The translations under genes and the position numbers were made by a program. This document shows, piece after piece, positions 23,359-34,349 of a stretch of DNA of 54,182 nucleotides; the first letter of the stretch is position 1; every line of letters starts with the position of its first letter. This stretch comes from an uncultured bacterium (GTDB taxonomy: Bacteria > Patescibacteriota > Minisyncoccia > Moranbacterales > GWC2-37-73): assembly GCA_903861715.1 (NCBI GenBank), contig CAIOVI010000037.1:1-54182 (forward strand), read 5' to 3'. The notes below the pieces were generated by a model that was given only the letters and a program-made list of their open reading frames with translations, was not told the origin of the DNA and did not search any database.

Positions 23359-23546
23359 AAGGTTTTTGGTTTTAAAAAAATTTTAAAATCACCAACTAGC
23401 TCATTAAACCTATTTCATTTTATCACATTCAGCCAAAAAGCAACAGAGAAAAATTTAAGGTTATGCACAAGCATATAGCCATGGTTAAAAAATGCTAACT
23501 TAGTTTCTAAAAACCATAACTTGCGCATGACCTAAGGTTTACAAAA

Positions 23547-24800
23547 CTATTTTAGAACGTATTTCTTTACCAAATACCATTGACCCAAAAAATCCAAACC
23601 AAAATTAACTGAAAACAGAATCACCACCATTTCCAGGCTAAAAAGTTGCCAATGGGCAACTAACAAAATAGCTAGTATTAATAATGCGCTTCTAAGGATT
23701 AAAAGTGCCAGTGCCAAATTTAGCGAGGTCAAAGAATGCATCAACACCACTGGCTCATAAACAAAGGCCATAAAATAAAAACAACCATAAACCGCAAACA
23801 AAAACTGCAACCATAAATTTGACGGATATTGTGAGCCATAAAGCTTAAGGCCTAAAAATAAACTTCCTAGCAAAGAAAAAAGCAAAGGAAGTAAGCTAAA
23901 ATTAATTAATTTGTTTAATTTAGCATAAATAAGGCTTTTTTGCTTACTTTTTGCAATTAAGGGTAATGACACGTTATTAGCAACAGAAACCAACACTCCC
24001 ACAATTGTCAAAGAAAGCGTATAGTGAACAGAAAAAATTCCCAAGGCATGACTACCAAGATATTTATTTACCACTAATTTATCTCCCATAAAAATAACGC
24101 CGCTAAAGCTCATGTAGGCAAGCATTTTACTATTGAAAGATAAAACTTTTTTAACTACTTGCCAGGAAAATTTCCCAGACCGCCAAAATGGATATACGAG
24201 GGGTAATGCTAAAAAAATACTCAAAACATGGGCTGCAGCAATAGCCAAAATTAAGAACTCAAATTTGGCTGCCTGCGTCCAATAAAGTAAGCCTCCAAAC
24301 AAAGTCAGCGCGACCAAGGCTTCGATGATTTTTATTTTGGCTTGCAACTTGAATTTGCCCAAAGCTCGCAGAAAGCTATCCAGTAAAAGCCTTAGAGCTA
24401 CAATAACTGCGTAAATCAACGTGTAAGCAAAAAGTTGTTCATCCAACGAAAGCATCCCCATTAAAATTCTTCTAATTTGAAAAACCAGGGAAGCCACCAA
24501 TAAAATCACCGCCAATGCAATCAATGTGATAGTGACAATATGATCAGCTTGCTCTTTTTGATTTTTTGCTCCAGAAACCAAGCGCAAACTAGAAGTATCC
24601 AGCGAAAACAACATCCAAATGTTGGCAACTTGAGCAATGACTAATATAATACTAGCCTTGCCAAATTCTGTGGGGCCAAGTACCTTGCCAGCGATTACAT
24701 AAAGCACGAAAAGGGTTAGGCTACCAATCATTACGCCCAAAAAAGAATGCGCAAAATGCCATTGCACTTGCGTAAAATCAAATAGCTTCTTTTTTTCCAT
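23547..24800 (-). CDS. Oligosaccharide flippase (Wzx/MOP family)
   Basis: About 12 TM segments, LGPTEFG, DKLVV...LGIFS. Confidence 0.85.
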   Translation of the reverse strand: MEKKKLFDFTQVQWHFAHSFLGVMIGSLTLFVLYVIAGKVLGPTEFGKASIILVIAQVANIWMLFSLDTSSLRLVSGAKNQKEQADHIVTITLIALAVILLVASLVFQIRRILMGMLSLDEQLFAYTLIYAVIVALRLLLDSFLRALGKFKLQAKIKIIEALVALTLFGGLLYWTQAAKFEFLILAIAAAHVLSIFLALPLVYPFWRSGKFSWQVVKKVLSFNSKMLAYMSFSGVIFMGDKLVVNKYLGSHALGIFSVHYTLSLTIVGVLVSVANNVSLPLIAKSKQKSLIYAKLNKLINFSLLPLLFSLLGSLFLGLKLYGSQYPSNLWLQFLFAVYGCFYFMAFVYEPVVLMHSLTSLNLALALLILRSALLILAILLVAHWQLFSLEMVVILFSVNFGLDFLGQWYLVKKYVLK

Positions 24801-24841
24801 AAGGATAAACCAAGTGTAAAATAATAAGAAACTTAGAAATC

Positions 24842-25573
24842 TTAGCTTTTACGACAAACTGCCACCAGATATTCATATTCATAGCGAGCATTGACTTTTT
24901 CAATCTGATAATTTCCAAGATCATCCCGAAAAATTTTCCAGAACTTTTTGAGATTTGTCCAAACATAACCATTGATCCGAAAAATTTTGCGAATTTTGTT
25001 TTCAAAAGCCAGTTGCGTTAAGCTTAGTTTATTGAAACCATACATTTGAACCTGCTCAAATTCTGTTTGCAATAAAGCGCTGAATTCAGTTTGAGTATAT
25101 TCCCTGATATGAAATTTATTCCAGGGCTTGCTATCCAAGCCAATGCCAGGATTAGTGACTGTCCGATTGGGAGTCGAGCAAACAAAAACTCCGTCATTTT
25201 TCAAAACCCTCCTCGCCTCCCTTAAAAATTCTTCGGCCTGATCGATGTGTTCAATTGTTTCCAAAGAAATGAAGACGTCCGTAAATTCATTTTCCACTGG
25301 CAAGTCATTACCATCAGCAACTGAGAAGCTCCCTTGTTTTGCTTTTTGATTATTACTATGCGCCAAGGCTATTGCCGCTGGCGAAACATCAAAACCCAGC
25401 AATTGCATTGCCCCTTTTTCCAAAAAAATACTTGCTCCAATTCCAGCTCCGCAAGCACAATCCACCACTATTTTGCCCGCTACAAAATTAGCCGCAAACA
25501 AATACCTGGTCAAATGTTCATTCCAAAGCCATAAAGGGAAAATTTTACTCATTCTTTCTGTGCCTATTCGCAT
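24842..25573 (-). CDS. Class I SAM-dependent methyltransferase (glycan-associated)
   Basis: EHLTRY, VVDCACGAGIG, SLETIEHI, STPN. Confidence 0.92.
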   Translation of the reverse strand: MRIGTERMSKIFPLWLWNEHLTRYLFAANFVAGKIVVDCACGAGIGASIFLEKGAMQLLGFDVSPAAIALAHSNNQKAKQGSFSVADGNDLPVENEFTDVFISLETIEHIDQAEEFLREARRVLKNDGVFVCSTPNRTVTNPGIGLDSKPWNKFHIREYTQTEFSALLQTEFEQVQMYGFNKLSLTQLAFENKIRKIFRINGYVWTNLKKFWKIFRDDLGNYQIEKVNARYEYEYLVAVCRKS

Positions 25574-25666
25574 ATATTTAATATTATATTGAATTAAAAA
25601 ATCAAATGCAATTTATGATTTTGGATGTAAAAAATAAATTGGAATTTTTAGAAAAATAGCTTAGGA

Positions 25667-26707
25667 TTATTGATATAGCGAATCAAAAAAAGTCAGCCCG
25701 AACTTTGAAAACCAACTTTCAATTTTTTGCTTAGAAACCTTGGTATTTTTCTTTATTAGTCTTCTTTTTTTCAACATAGCAGGTAGTTGCCGAAACACGT
25801 CCAGCCATCCTTTGCCGCAAGCTCTTAGCATTTTAAAGGGGCCTATTTGCTTGTGAATTTTACCAGCTGGACCTTTCGCTTGAAAAATCCCAGCCAACAA
25901 AAAAACATAGCGCAGAAAAGTCAGCGTCAAAGCTCTGAGAAAAAAAATGCCCTGATAATTTTTCAGCATAATAAAAAAAATATTGCGATTGGTGTGAAAA
26001 GCCACAAATTCAGAATAAGCTCCAGCGGTGGCGCTTTTCAGGTGATACACCACTGCCCTTGGCGCATAGCTGCACTTCCAGCCTCGCAGCCTTGCGCGCC
26101 AACCCAAATCCAACTCTTCAAAATAAAAGCCGAATGTTTCATCCAAATATTGCCCATCTTCTTGAACATCTTCCAGCAATTCTTTGGTGTAGAGGGCTGC
26201 TGCTCCTGCTGGACAAAAAACTTCAGCTCTTTCGCCAAACAATTCAACTGCTTGTTCAAAACCCCTGTTTTTGGCCAAGCCGTCTGGAGTGATCACCAGC
26301 CCGCAAGAATCCAAAACATTCTTGCGTTTCAAGAATGGGATTTGAGCTGCCACCATGCCTATTTTTTCAGTTTGGTTTAGCTCGCCAACCATCGCCGTCA
26401 AAAAATCTGGCTCAACCTCAGTGTCATTGTTAAGCAGCAAAATTGCCTCGCATCCAAGCTCCCAAGCTTTTTTAATGCCAACGTTGTTAGCTTTGCAAAA
26501 ACCTGAATTGTGGCCCATTGGCAGCCAACTAACCTGAGGAAATTTTTCACTCGCCATTTCCCAGGAGCCATCGCTTGAACCATTGTCCACCACCAAAGTT
26601 TCAAAGTTAGCATAGGAAACTTTTTCCAAAGATTTGAGACAATTTTCCAACAAATCTTTTTTATTGTAACTGACAATAATAATTCCAATTTTCATTTGTT
26701 TATTCAA
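25667..26707 (-). CDS. GT2 family glycosyltransferase
   Basis: VVDNGSSDGS, LLNNDT, EELDLGWR. Confidence 0.93.
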   Translation of the reverse strand: MNKQMKIGIIIVSYNKKDLLENCLKSLEKVSYANFETLVVDNGSSDGSWEMASEKFPQVSWLPMGHNSGFCKANNVGIKKAWELGCEAILLLNNDTEVEPDFLTAMVGELNQTEKIGMVAAQIPFLKRKNVLDSCGLVITPDGLAKNRGFEQAVELFGERAEVFCPAGAAALYTKELLEDVQEDGQYLDETFGFYFEELDLGWRARLRGWKCSYAPRAVVYHLKSATAGAYSEFVAFHTNRNIFFIMLKNYQGIFFLRALTLTFLRYVFLLAGIFQAKGPAGKIHKQIGPFKMLRACGKGWLDVFRQLPAMLKKRRLIKKNTKVSKQKIESWFSKFGLTFFDSLYQ

Positions 26708-26767
26708 AAAAAATAATGCCTCCTTAATGATTTAAAATTCACAACTATTTTTCCATAAAACCATTTT

Positions 26768-27805
26768 TTATATCTTATAAATAGAATCAAAAAATGGAAT
26801 TCCTAATTCTTTAAACCATCTTTTTACTTCAAGCCTCGTTACTTTTTTATTTTTTTGAATATAACTTCTTTTTTCAAACATTCGTCTGATTTTTTTCATA
26901 GCATCGATATGACTGCTCAAGAATATTTTTACTAACTTTCCGCCGCCATTTTTGTCTTTAACTTTTTTGCCAACACCTTTGCCGAAAAAAATTCCCAGAA
27001 ATAAAAACACATCTCTCAAAAATGCAAGCAAAAAAGCCCTTGCAACATAAAAAAATGAAGGATAATTTTTTATTATGTTAAAAGTAATATTTCTGCTTGA
27101 GTAATAAGCAAAAAAATCAGAATAAGCACCCCCAGTTCCACTTTTTTTGTGATAAACAATAGCCTTGGGTGCAAAAAAGCACTTCCAGCCCTTCAAGCGA
27201 GCTCTCCAGCCTAAATCCAATTCTTCATAACAAAATTCGAAATCCTCGTCAAAATATTCCCCATCTTGCTTAATATCTTCAAGCAACTCTTTGCTATAAA
27301 AAGTTGCTGCTCCAGTTGGACAAAAAACTTCTTGCTGGAAATCTCCAAATTCTTTTGCTTTTCCAGCATTAAGATTTTTGCCAAGACCATCTGGAGTTAT
27401 CAAAAAGCCATTTGCATCTATGATTTGAGGTGAATCAAGTAGTCTGATGTTAGTAGAAATCATTCCGATTTTTTCCGAATTATTAAACGAAAGCATAACT
27501 CCCCTTAAAAAAAAGCTATCAACCACCGTATCATTATTCAAAATCACAACTGCATCACACCCCAAGCTAAAAGCTTTTTTTATTCCCAGATTGTTTCCCT
27601 TACAAAATCCAGAATTATATCCCACTTCAACCAAAAAAACTTTCTCAAATTTTTTTCTGACCAAATCAATTGAGCCATCACTAGAACCATTGTCAACCAC
27701 TATTATATCAAAATTTTCATATTCCAAATCAAACAAGGAAAGCAAGCACCTTTCCAACAACTCTTTCTTATTATAATTTAATACGACAACGCCAATGTGA
27801 CACAT
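26768..27805 (-). CDS. GT2 family glycosyltransferase (paralog of the adjacent gene)
   Basis: VVDNGSSDGS, ILNNDT, EELDLGWR; more AT-rich codons. Confidence 0.93.
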   Translation of the reverse strand: MCHIGVVVLNYNKKELLERCLLSLFDLEYENFDIIVVDNGSSDGSIDLVRKKFEKVFLVEVGYNSGFCKGNNLGIKKAFSLGCDAVVILNNDTVVDSFFLRGVMLSFNNSEKIGMISTNIRLLDSPQIIDANGFLITPDGLGKNLNAGKAKEFGDFQQEVFCPTGAATFYSKELLEDIKQDGEYFDEDFEFCYEELDLGWRARLKGWKCFFAPKAIVYHKKSGTGGAYSDFFAYYSSRNITFNIIKNYPSFFYVARAFLLAFLRDVFLFLGIFFGKGVGKKVKDKNGGGKLVKIFLSSHIDAMKKIRRMFEKRSYIQKNKKVTRLEVKRWFKELGIPFFDSIYKI

Positions 27806-27829
27806 ACATAATAACTCAATTAATAAAGT

Positions 27830-29008
27830 CTACACTTTCTTTATTCTCAAAATACTATAAAAAAATCCAAAAAATATTGTCTGCAGTCCCAACACCATTA
27901 ACGTAACAGCTATGATCATTTTTCTCACTTCAAAAAAAGTAGCAACACCTAAATTATTTCTTCTCATCCAAAGGTAATAAACATACCCCAAGAGAGAAAA
28001 ACCTATTAAGAAAATTATTAACCCAATCAAAATCATCGTTTCAAGTTTAATATATTTTGAAAGAAATTTGACTATTTTATCATTTTTTTCATCTTCAAAT
28101 TTCTCAGAATAGGCATACATTTTTGTAAAGAAGGCTAAATTGATAATTTGATAACCAATGAGCATCATCATACTTCCCAAAAACATATAATTATAGTCAA
28201 AGAAAAATCCAAAAATGACAACCGGACCTATCGTCAAAGGTGCGATTATTATTGTCCCAAGAAAAAAGAGCACTGCGCCTGGAAAAAGGAACAAGAAGGT
28301 CGGACTATAAAGCAACATAAACCGCAGATGTCTCCATCCATCTTTAAAGGTCCTTAGCTTCGACTCCCCCATTCTTAATCTATAATTAATAGGCAGTTCG
28401 GCGATTTTAAGTTGCGCTTTCCCTGCGTTTATAATCATTTCTGAAGCAAATTCCATCCCAGTTGTTTGCAAAAAAAGTTTTTGATAAGCTTCCCTAGTAA
28501 AAGCTCGCATTCCACAGTGCGCATCTTTAACCTCTATCTTGAACAAAAAATTCAGCAACCAAGTTAAAAAAGGACTTCCAATATAACGATGCAACCAGGG
28601 CATTGCACCCTTCCCTTGAGCGATATCCCCATTTAAACGATTGCCTATAACAAAATCATTTCCTTCTTTCAACTTTTCTAAAAATTTTGAAATTTCAAAA
28701 AAATCATACGTATCGTCAGCGTCGGCCATAATTAGAAAATCTCCCTTGGCCGCAGCAAAGCCTTTCAAATAAGCGCTCCCGTATCCACGCCTCGACTCTT
28801 CAATTAACCTGGCTTGGCTTTTAAGAATTATTTCCTTAGATCTATCACTTGAACCATTATCCACAACCACGACCTCCCCTGCAATCCCTTGCTCAGAAAA
28901 TATCTGAAAACACTTTTCAATACAGATGCCTACACTAGCTTCCTCATTCAAACAAGGTAAAATCACCGAGACCACTACTTTTAATTCGTCCTCTTTTTTA
29001 TCAAGCAT
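27830..29008 (-). CDS. GT2 polyprenol-phosphate glycosyltransferase (DPM-synthase-like) with C-terminal TM domain
   Basis: LPCLNEE, VDNGSSD, GYGSA, MADADDTY, GMEFASEM, GESKLRTFKDGWRHL, 4 TM. Confidence 0.92.
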   Translation of the reverse strand: MLDKKEDELKVVVSVILPCLNEEASVGICIEKCFQIFSEQGIAGEVVVVDNGSSDRSKEIILKSQARLIEESRRGYGSAYLKGFAAAKGDFLIMADADDTYDFFEISKFLEKLKEGNDFVIGNRLNGDIAQGKGAMPWLHRYIGSPFLTWLLNFLFKIEVKDAHCGMRAFTREAYQKLFLQTTGMEFASEMIINAGKAQLKIAELPINYRLRMGESKLRTFKDGWRHLRFMLLYSPTFLFLFPGAVLFFLGTIIIAPLTIGPVVIFGFFFDYNYMFLGSMMMLIGYQIINLAFFTKMYAYSEKFEDEKNDKIVKFLSKYIKLETMILIGLIIFLIGFSLLGYVYYLWMRRNNLGVATFFEVRKMIIAVTLMVLGLQTIFFGFFYSILRIKKV

Positions 29009-29071
29009 AGGCTGGGCAGATGTAAAAAATTATCCAAAGAAATGCTAAGTCCTCTCCAGAATATGATGAGG

Positions 29072-30754
29072 TTATTTTAATTCATATCCCCGAATGTTCA
29101 CGTCATCTGTTTCGGAGCGCTTTTCAATCTTAGCAATAATCAAGTCTGGATTCAAGTCTAAGACGTTTCCCAGCTCGCCAGAAACAATCACAAAATGTGC
29201 TCCAAAATCATTTTTGATAGACTCAATGATTTTGCGAGAATTTTCTTGTTTCAATTGTTGTTTCTGTGCTTCACTGGCAGTCTTCAGGGTGGCCGTAAAC
29301 TTTTCTTGCGCTGTTGCGCAATCTAGCGGCTGATCGCAATACATCCGATATACCAAGATATTATACCACTTCCAATAAAGTGGCGCATCCCGCCAACGAA
29401 CAATTTCTGGCTCCAGGCCAGTGTTGTAAAAATTTTTCGAATTATAAAAAAACACCACTGGGAAAAAACTCCAGTTGTCCAAAAAAACTTTTTCATTCTC
29501 ATTGGATCTTTCCCCCACCCAAGTTGCCACTTCGCCAATCAAACGATAGTGACCGCCATCCATTTCCCGCTTAATATTCAAAAAGCTACTCAAAGTTGCC
29601 ACCAAGAAAAAAATAGTGAGCCCCCCAAGGAAAACTTTTCTGGGCGTCGCCTGAACAACGATGGCTTTTCTTTTTAGTAAAATTGTCGCCACCGAAGCGG
29701 CCAGAAAAACAACTGCCACAAAATAATAATCAAACAGACGCCCGCTGACTGACATTGAACCCACAAGTGACATCAGCGCAAAAAGAAAAGCGCTAAAAAC
29801 CAAGGTGCCATCTTCTTTGTCTAGTGAAAAAGCTTTTTTTCTTTTAGCGCTCACGTAGCAAAAGATCACTATTCCAAAACAAACTAGCAGTAGTAGCAAA
29901 AAAATTTCTGAAGATTCCAACACTTTAAACAAGTCCACTGGATAAAGTTCGCTGCCACCAATTGCAACCGCTGGACTGTTGGCTTTTTGAATAGCTGTCA
30001 ATTGCACATCAAGCACTTGCCGCAAAAAGCCCAGCAAGTCAAAGGAAATTAATTTAAGGCCCACCAAAAGCGCTACCCCCGCCCCGGGCAAGCTTTTCCA
30101 GGAAAATTTGCTCCCAGCCAAAATTCTGGCCGCTTCAACCAGCAGAGCCATCACGACTGGGAAAAACAAGGTGGCTGGATGCCACACAATTTGCAGCAAG
30201 GAAACAAAAAAGAATTTGAAATATTTTTTTTCTTTGGCAAAATAAAGCTCCAGCATCAAAAAAGCTGGCACCAGCACCAAGGCCCTGCCAACCAACATTC
30301 TCTCGGCGAAGAAAATAACTGAAACCAGTGCCAGAATCCAGAAAGCTGCGCCTTTGAGTTTGAGTTTGCGAAAAACCCAATAAATCGTGCTCACGGATAA
30401 ACTCGCCCAAAAAATATCGCTGATCTTGAGACCCAATTCCAGGTTTTTGAAATAGGTGAAAGGAATAAGCGCCAGATTAAACAAAGTCAAAGGGTAAGCG
30501 AGGCTCTGATTGAGGTTAATTGGAATCCAGCGAAAATTTTGCACCGCTGTCCAGCCTTGCGTTCTGATCAGATAGGCATATTTAAAATGAAAAAAATGAT
30601 CATCTTTAAATAAAAAACCTGGACTGGCTAGATAAACACTGGCGTATAGCAGAAAAACGCTCACAAAAACCAGCCCTGCACCAAGCGAGGGGAACTTTTC
30701 AAAATTTACTCTTAATTTCTCCCAGCTGATTTTGACTTGATCAATTACTGTCAT
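29072..30754 (-). CDS. Polytopic membrane protein, probable GT-C fold glycosyltransferase, copy 1
   Basis: DDHFFH acidic motif after TM1, about 11 TM segments, soluble C-terminal domain; glycosylation context. Confidence 0.7.
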   Translation of the reverse strand: MTVIDQVKISWEKLRVNFEKFPSLGAGLVFVSVFLLYASVYLASPGFLFKDDHFFHFKYAYLIRTQGWTAVQNFRWIPINLNQSLAYPLTLFNLALIPFTYFKNLELGLKISDIFWASLSVSTIYWVFRKLKLKGAAFWILALVSVIFFAERMLVGRALVLVPAFLMLELYFAKEKKYFKFFFVSLLQIVWHPATLFFPVVMALLVEAARILAGSKFSWKSLPGAGVALLVGLKLISFDLLGFLRQVLDVQLTAIQKANSPAVAIGGSELYPVDLFKVLESSEIFLLLLLVCFGIVIFCYVSAKRKKAFSLDKEDGTLVFSAFLFALMSLVGSMSVSGRLFDYYFVAVVFLAASVATILLKRKAIVVQATPRKVFLGGLTIFFLVATLSSFLNIKREMDGGHYRLIGEVATWVGERSNENEKVFLDNWSFFPVVFFYNSKNFYNTGLEPEIVRWRDAPLYWKWYNILVYRMYCDQPLDCATAQEKFTATLKTASEAQKQQLKQENSRKIIESIKNDFGAHFVIVSGELGNVLDLNPDLIIAKIEKRSETDDVNIRGYELK

Positions 30755-30873
30755 GCTATGTGATGTATAAAATTAAATCCCTGCATTCTCTTCGAGAATT
30801 AATTTCTAATCAACCAAAGAATATTCAAAAATCTTTCCTTGCAACCAGCAATAATTGCTACTTTAATCCTTGA

Positions 30874-32556
30874 TCACTTTAACTCATATCCCCGAATATT
30901 TGCGTCATCTATCTCAGAATGCTTTTCAATCTTGTCGACAATCAAGTCTGGATTCAAATCCAAAACATTTCCCAGCTCGCCAGAAATAATCACAAAATGT
31001 GCTCCAAAATCATTTTTGATAGACTCAATAATTTTGCGAGAATTTTCTTTCTGCATTTCTTTTTTTTGTTCCCCATCAGCCACTTTAATTTTTTCTACCA
31101 AGTTTTTTTTCTCCGCCACACAATCCCGCTCCTGATCGCAATACATCCGATAAACAAAGATATTATACCATTTCCAATATAACGCTGGATTGGTCTTATG
31201 TGAACTCTCTGGCTCTAATCCAACGTTATAACTATTTTTCGAATCATAGAAAAAAGCCACTGGGAAAAAACTCCAATTATCCAAGAAAACCCGGTCATTT
31301 TCTTTGGATTTTTCCGCCACCCAAGTCGCCACCTCGCCAGTCAGCCAATAATGACCACCACCAACATCTCGCTTAATATTCAAAAAACTATTCAGGGTCG
31401 CCACCAAGAAAAAAACCGTGAGCCCAGCCAAAATGACTCTTCCGAGCACCGCTTGGACAACAATGGCTTTTCTTTTTGATAAAACCGTAAATACAGATGC
31501 GGCCAAAAAAACAATTGAAACAAAATAATAATCATAGAATCTTCCACTAACCGACATCGCACCAGCAAAAGACATCAACGCAAAAAGAAAAGCGCTATAA
31601 ATTAAAATGCCATCTTCTTCATTCAGAGAATAATCTTTTTTTCTTTTAGCACTCACGTAGCAATAAATCACCACTGCAAAACAAACCAAGATTAGTAATA
31701 AAAAAAATTCAGAAATTGCAAGCATTTTAAATAAATCGACTGGATATAATTCACCGCCACCAATCGCAACTTCATTGCTGCCAACTTTTTTCATCGCTAT
31801 CAGTTGCACATTAAACACTTGTTGTGAAAGCCCCACCAAACTATTGGAAATTAATGCGTTGCCCACTATCAGAGCCGCTGCTGAGCCTGCTAGGTTTTTC
31901 CAAAAAAATTTACTCCCGGCCAAAATTCTGGCCGCTTCAACCAGTAGCGCCATTACCAGCGGAAGAAAAAACGTGGCTGGATGCCAAACAATATGTAGCA
32001 ACGAAACAAAAAAGAACTTGAGATATTTTTTCTCCTTAGTGAAATAGAGTTCTAACATTAAAAAAGCTGGTACCAATACCAAGGCCCTGCCACTTAATAG
32101 TCTCTCGGCAAAGTAAGTGCCTGAAATGAGAAGCAAAATCCAAAAAAAAGCATATCTGAGTTTGAACTTACGCATCACGTAAAAAAAGATACTCAAACTC
32201 GAACTAGCCCAAAAAATATCGCTAATTTTAAGCCCAAATTCAAGATTTTTAAAATAAGTAAACGGAATTAACGCAAGATTAAACAAGGTCAGTAGATAAG
32301 TAACCCTCCCGTTAGGCACAATTGAAATCCATTTGAAATTTCGAACCACCTCCCAACCTTGCGTTCTGATCAAATAGGCATATTTAAAATGAAAAAAATG
32401 ATCGTCCGTAAATAAAATGCCAGAATTATTCAGATAAATGCTAACATAAAGCAAAAACACACCCACAAAAACCAGCCCCGAACCAAGCAAGGGGGACTTC
32501 TCAAAATTTACTCTTAATTTCTCCCAGCTGATTTTGACTTGATCGATTACTGTCAT
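30874..32556 (-). CDS. Polytopic membrane protein, probable GT-C fold glycosyltransferase, copy 2
   Basis: Same length (560 aa) and motifs as copy 1; identical upstream sequence. Confidence 0.7.
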   Translation of the reverse strand: MTVIDQVKISWEKLRVNFEKSPLLGSGLVFVGVFLLYVSIYLNNSGILFTDDHFFHFKYAYLIRTQGWEVVRNFKWISIVPNGRVTYLLTLFNLALIPFTYFKNLEFGLKISDIFWASSSLSIFFYVMRKFKLRYAFFWILLLISGTYFAERLLSGRALVLVPAFLMLELYFTKEKKYLKFFFVSLLHIVWHPATFFLPLVMALLVEAARILAGSKFFWKNLAGSAAALIVGNALISNSLVGLSQQVFNVQLIAMKKVGSNEVAIGGGELYPVDLFKMLAISEFFLLLILVCFAVVIYCYVSAKRKKDYSLNEEDGILIYSAFLFALMSFAGAMSVSGRFYDYYFVSIVFLAASVFTVLSKRKAIVVQAVLGRVILAGLTVFFLVATLNSFLNIKRDVGGGHYWLTGEVATWVAEKSKENDRVFLDNWSFFPVAFFYDSKNSYNVGLEPESSHKTNPALYWKWYNIFVYRMYCDQERDCVAEKKNLVEKIKVADGEQKKEMQKENSRKIIESIKNDFGAHFVIISGELGNVLDLNPDLIVDKIEKHSEIDDANIRGYELK

Positions 32557-32645
32557 GCTATGTGATGTATAAAATTAAATCCCTGAAATCTCCTCAAGGA
32601 TTAACTCTGACCATTGTATATTTAAACGCTATCCTTGAACACATG

Positions 32646-33026
32646 TTAAATGCAAGAACCCAGGGCTGCATTGCAAGTTATCGTTTTTCCGCCACAAACC
32701 CCCGTAAAAATGTTAGTTCCAGCGACTGAAGTAAAAGAAGTGCAAGATGAGCCAAGCACTGGCCACTTAGCATTCGTCATTAAAGTATCATTGCAGATAT
32801 TTCCATTAACAGCATAATCCGTATTAGTGCTATTACCACTAATGCATAAAACCATATGGGTCAGCACACTTCGCATAGTTGTCCTGCCGGTTTGCTCTTT
32901 TGCCCGATCAGCATTAAAAGTAGTGTTGACCAAGATTGCAGCCGCCAAAATCCCAATGATTGCAAGCACAATCAAAATTTCAATCAAAGTGAAACCCTGT
33001 CCAGAAGACAGGCGAGATTTTTGCAT
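32646..33026 (-). CDS. Type IV pilin
   Basis: QG/FTLIEIL; Cys-rich C-terminus CNAALGSCI. Confidence 0.92.
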   Translation of the reverse strand: MQKSRLSSGQGFTLIEILIVLAIIGILAAAILVNTTFNADRAKEQTGRTTMRSVLTHMVLCISGNSTNTDYAVNGNICNDTLMTNAKWPVLGSSCTSFTSVAGTNIFTGVCGGKTITCNAALGSCI

Positions 33027-33155
33027 ATTTTTTACTGTTCAAATTTCAAATATTATTTTTGGAAATCAGCCGCCACTGAAAAACATTTTCTGCAAACAGA
33101 TCTGCTTAACTGCAGCAGCGTTATTTAAAAAAATTCCTAATTTCAAATTAAAATT

Positions 33156-33563
33156 TTAGATGCAAGAACCCAGTGCAGCATCACAGTTGATGGAAACTCC
33201 TCCGCAAGTTCCACTGAGTTTATTGGAATTCGCTGTGAAGTTGCCTCCGCAGCCAGTTGGTTGAGCTGGCCATTTGGCATCCGTGATAGCTGTGCTAGAA
33301 CAAATACTATTGCCTGCGCCATAAGCCTGCACGGTTCCGGCGCCACCTACACACAAAACCATGTAGGTCAGCGCACTTCGCATGGTTGAGCGACCAGCTT
33401 GTTCTTGAGCTTTGGTTCGAGCACTGCTGGTGCTGACCAAAATCACTCCAGCCAAAATTCCAATGATGGCAATCACGATCAAAAGTTCAATCAAAGTGAA
33501 ACCTTTTGAGATTTTAAAAAAATCTCTCCCAACCGACAACTGATTAGAACTATTTTTATTCAT
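33156..33563 (-). CDS. Type IV pilin
   Basis: KG/FTLIELLIVIAIIGILA; ends CDAALGSCI. Confidence 0.93.
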   Translation of the reverse strand: MNKNSSNQLSVGRDFFKISKGFTLIELLIVIAIIGILAGVILVSTSSARTKAQEQAGRSTMRSALTYMVLCVGGAGTVQAYGAGNSICSSTAITDAKWPAQPTGCGGNFTANSNKLSGTCGGVSINCDAALGSCI

Positions 33564-33849
33564 ATTCAAGTTATAATACCCCATCAGCCTCACCTAAAAC
33601 GATTAGCTCAAAAAGATCAAGCCTCCCTAGGATCAACGCTGGCTTAATGGATTACGTATGTTTTAAAAACTCACAAAAAAATTTGAGAAATTCAAACCGC
33701 TATGGGACAACTATTGCCAAAATCCTACTCTGAAACACTTGCTTAAAAAGTTTTTCAAAATTTGTTAAAGTTTTGGCAATAGCCTTTCCACATAAAATAT
33801 AGCATCTAAAAATACTATATTAAAAATACAAAAAAGCGTCAGCTTAAAC

Positions 33850-34224
33850 CTAGATGCAAGAACCCAGTGCAGCATCACAGTTGATGGAAACTCCTCCGCA
33901 ATTTCCACTAAGTTTATTAGAAGAAACACTGAAGCTACCTGAGCAGCCAGCTGGTTGGGCTGGCCATCTGGCATCCGTGATGTTTGCATCAGAGCAGATA
34001 GCGGTATTTGAAGAATAATTACCCACAGTTCCGCCACCACCCACACACAAAACCATGTAGGTCAAGGCACTTCGCATAGTTGAGCGACCAGCTTGTTCTT
34101 GAGCCTTGGTTCGAGCACTGCTGGTGCTGACCAAAATCACTCCAGCCAAAATTCCAATGATTGCAATCACGATCAAAAGTTCAATCAATGTGAAACCTTT
34201 TTTCATATTTTTCATATTTTTCAT
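33850..34224 (-). CDS. Type IV pilin (candidate major pilin)
   Basis: Short leader, KG/FTLIELLIVIAIIGILA; ends CDAALGSCI. Confidence 0.93.
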   Translation of the reverse strand: MKNMKNMKKGFTLIELLIVIAIIGILAGVILVSTSSARTKAQEQAGRSTMRSALTYMVLCVGGGGTVGNYSSNTAICSDANITDARWPAQPAGCSGSFSVSSNKLSGNCGGVSINCDAALGSCI

Positions 34225-34349
34225 ATTTACTTAAAAATTACTTTTTTTAAATTAATTACATCGACCTTTCTGTTTTGTAATTGTTTATATCTAAACTTTC
34301 CATTTTTATCTTAGCACATTTTTCCAAAATTGGCACTCAATTATTGTTT

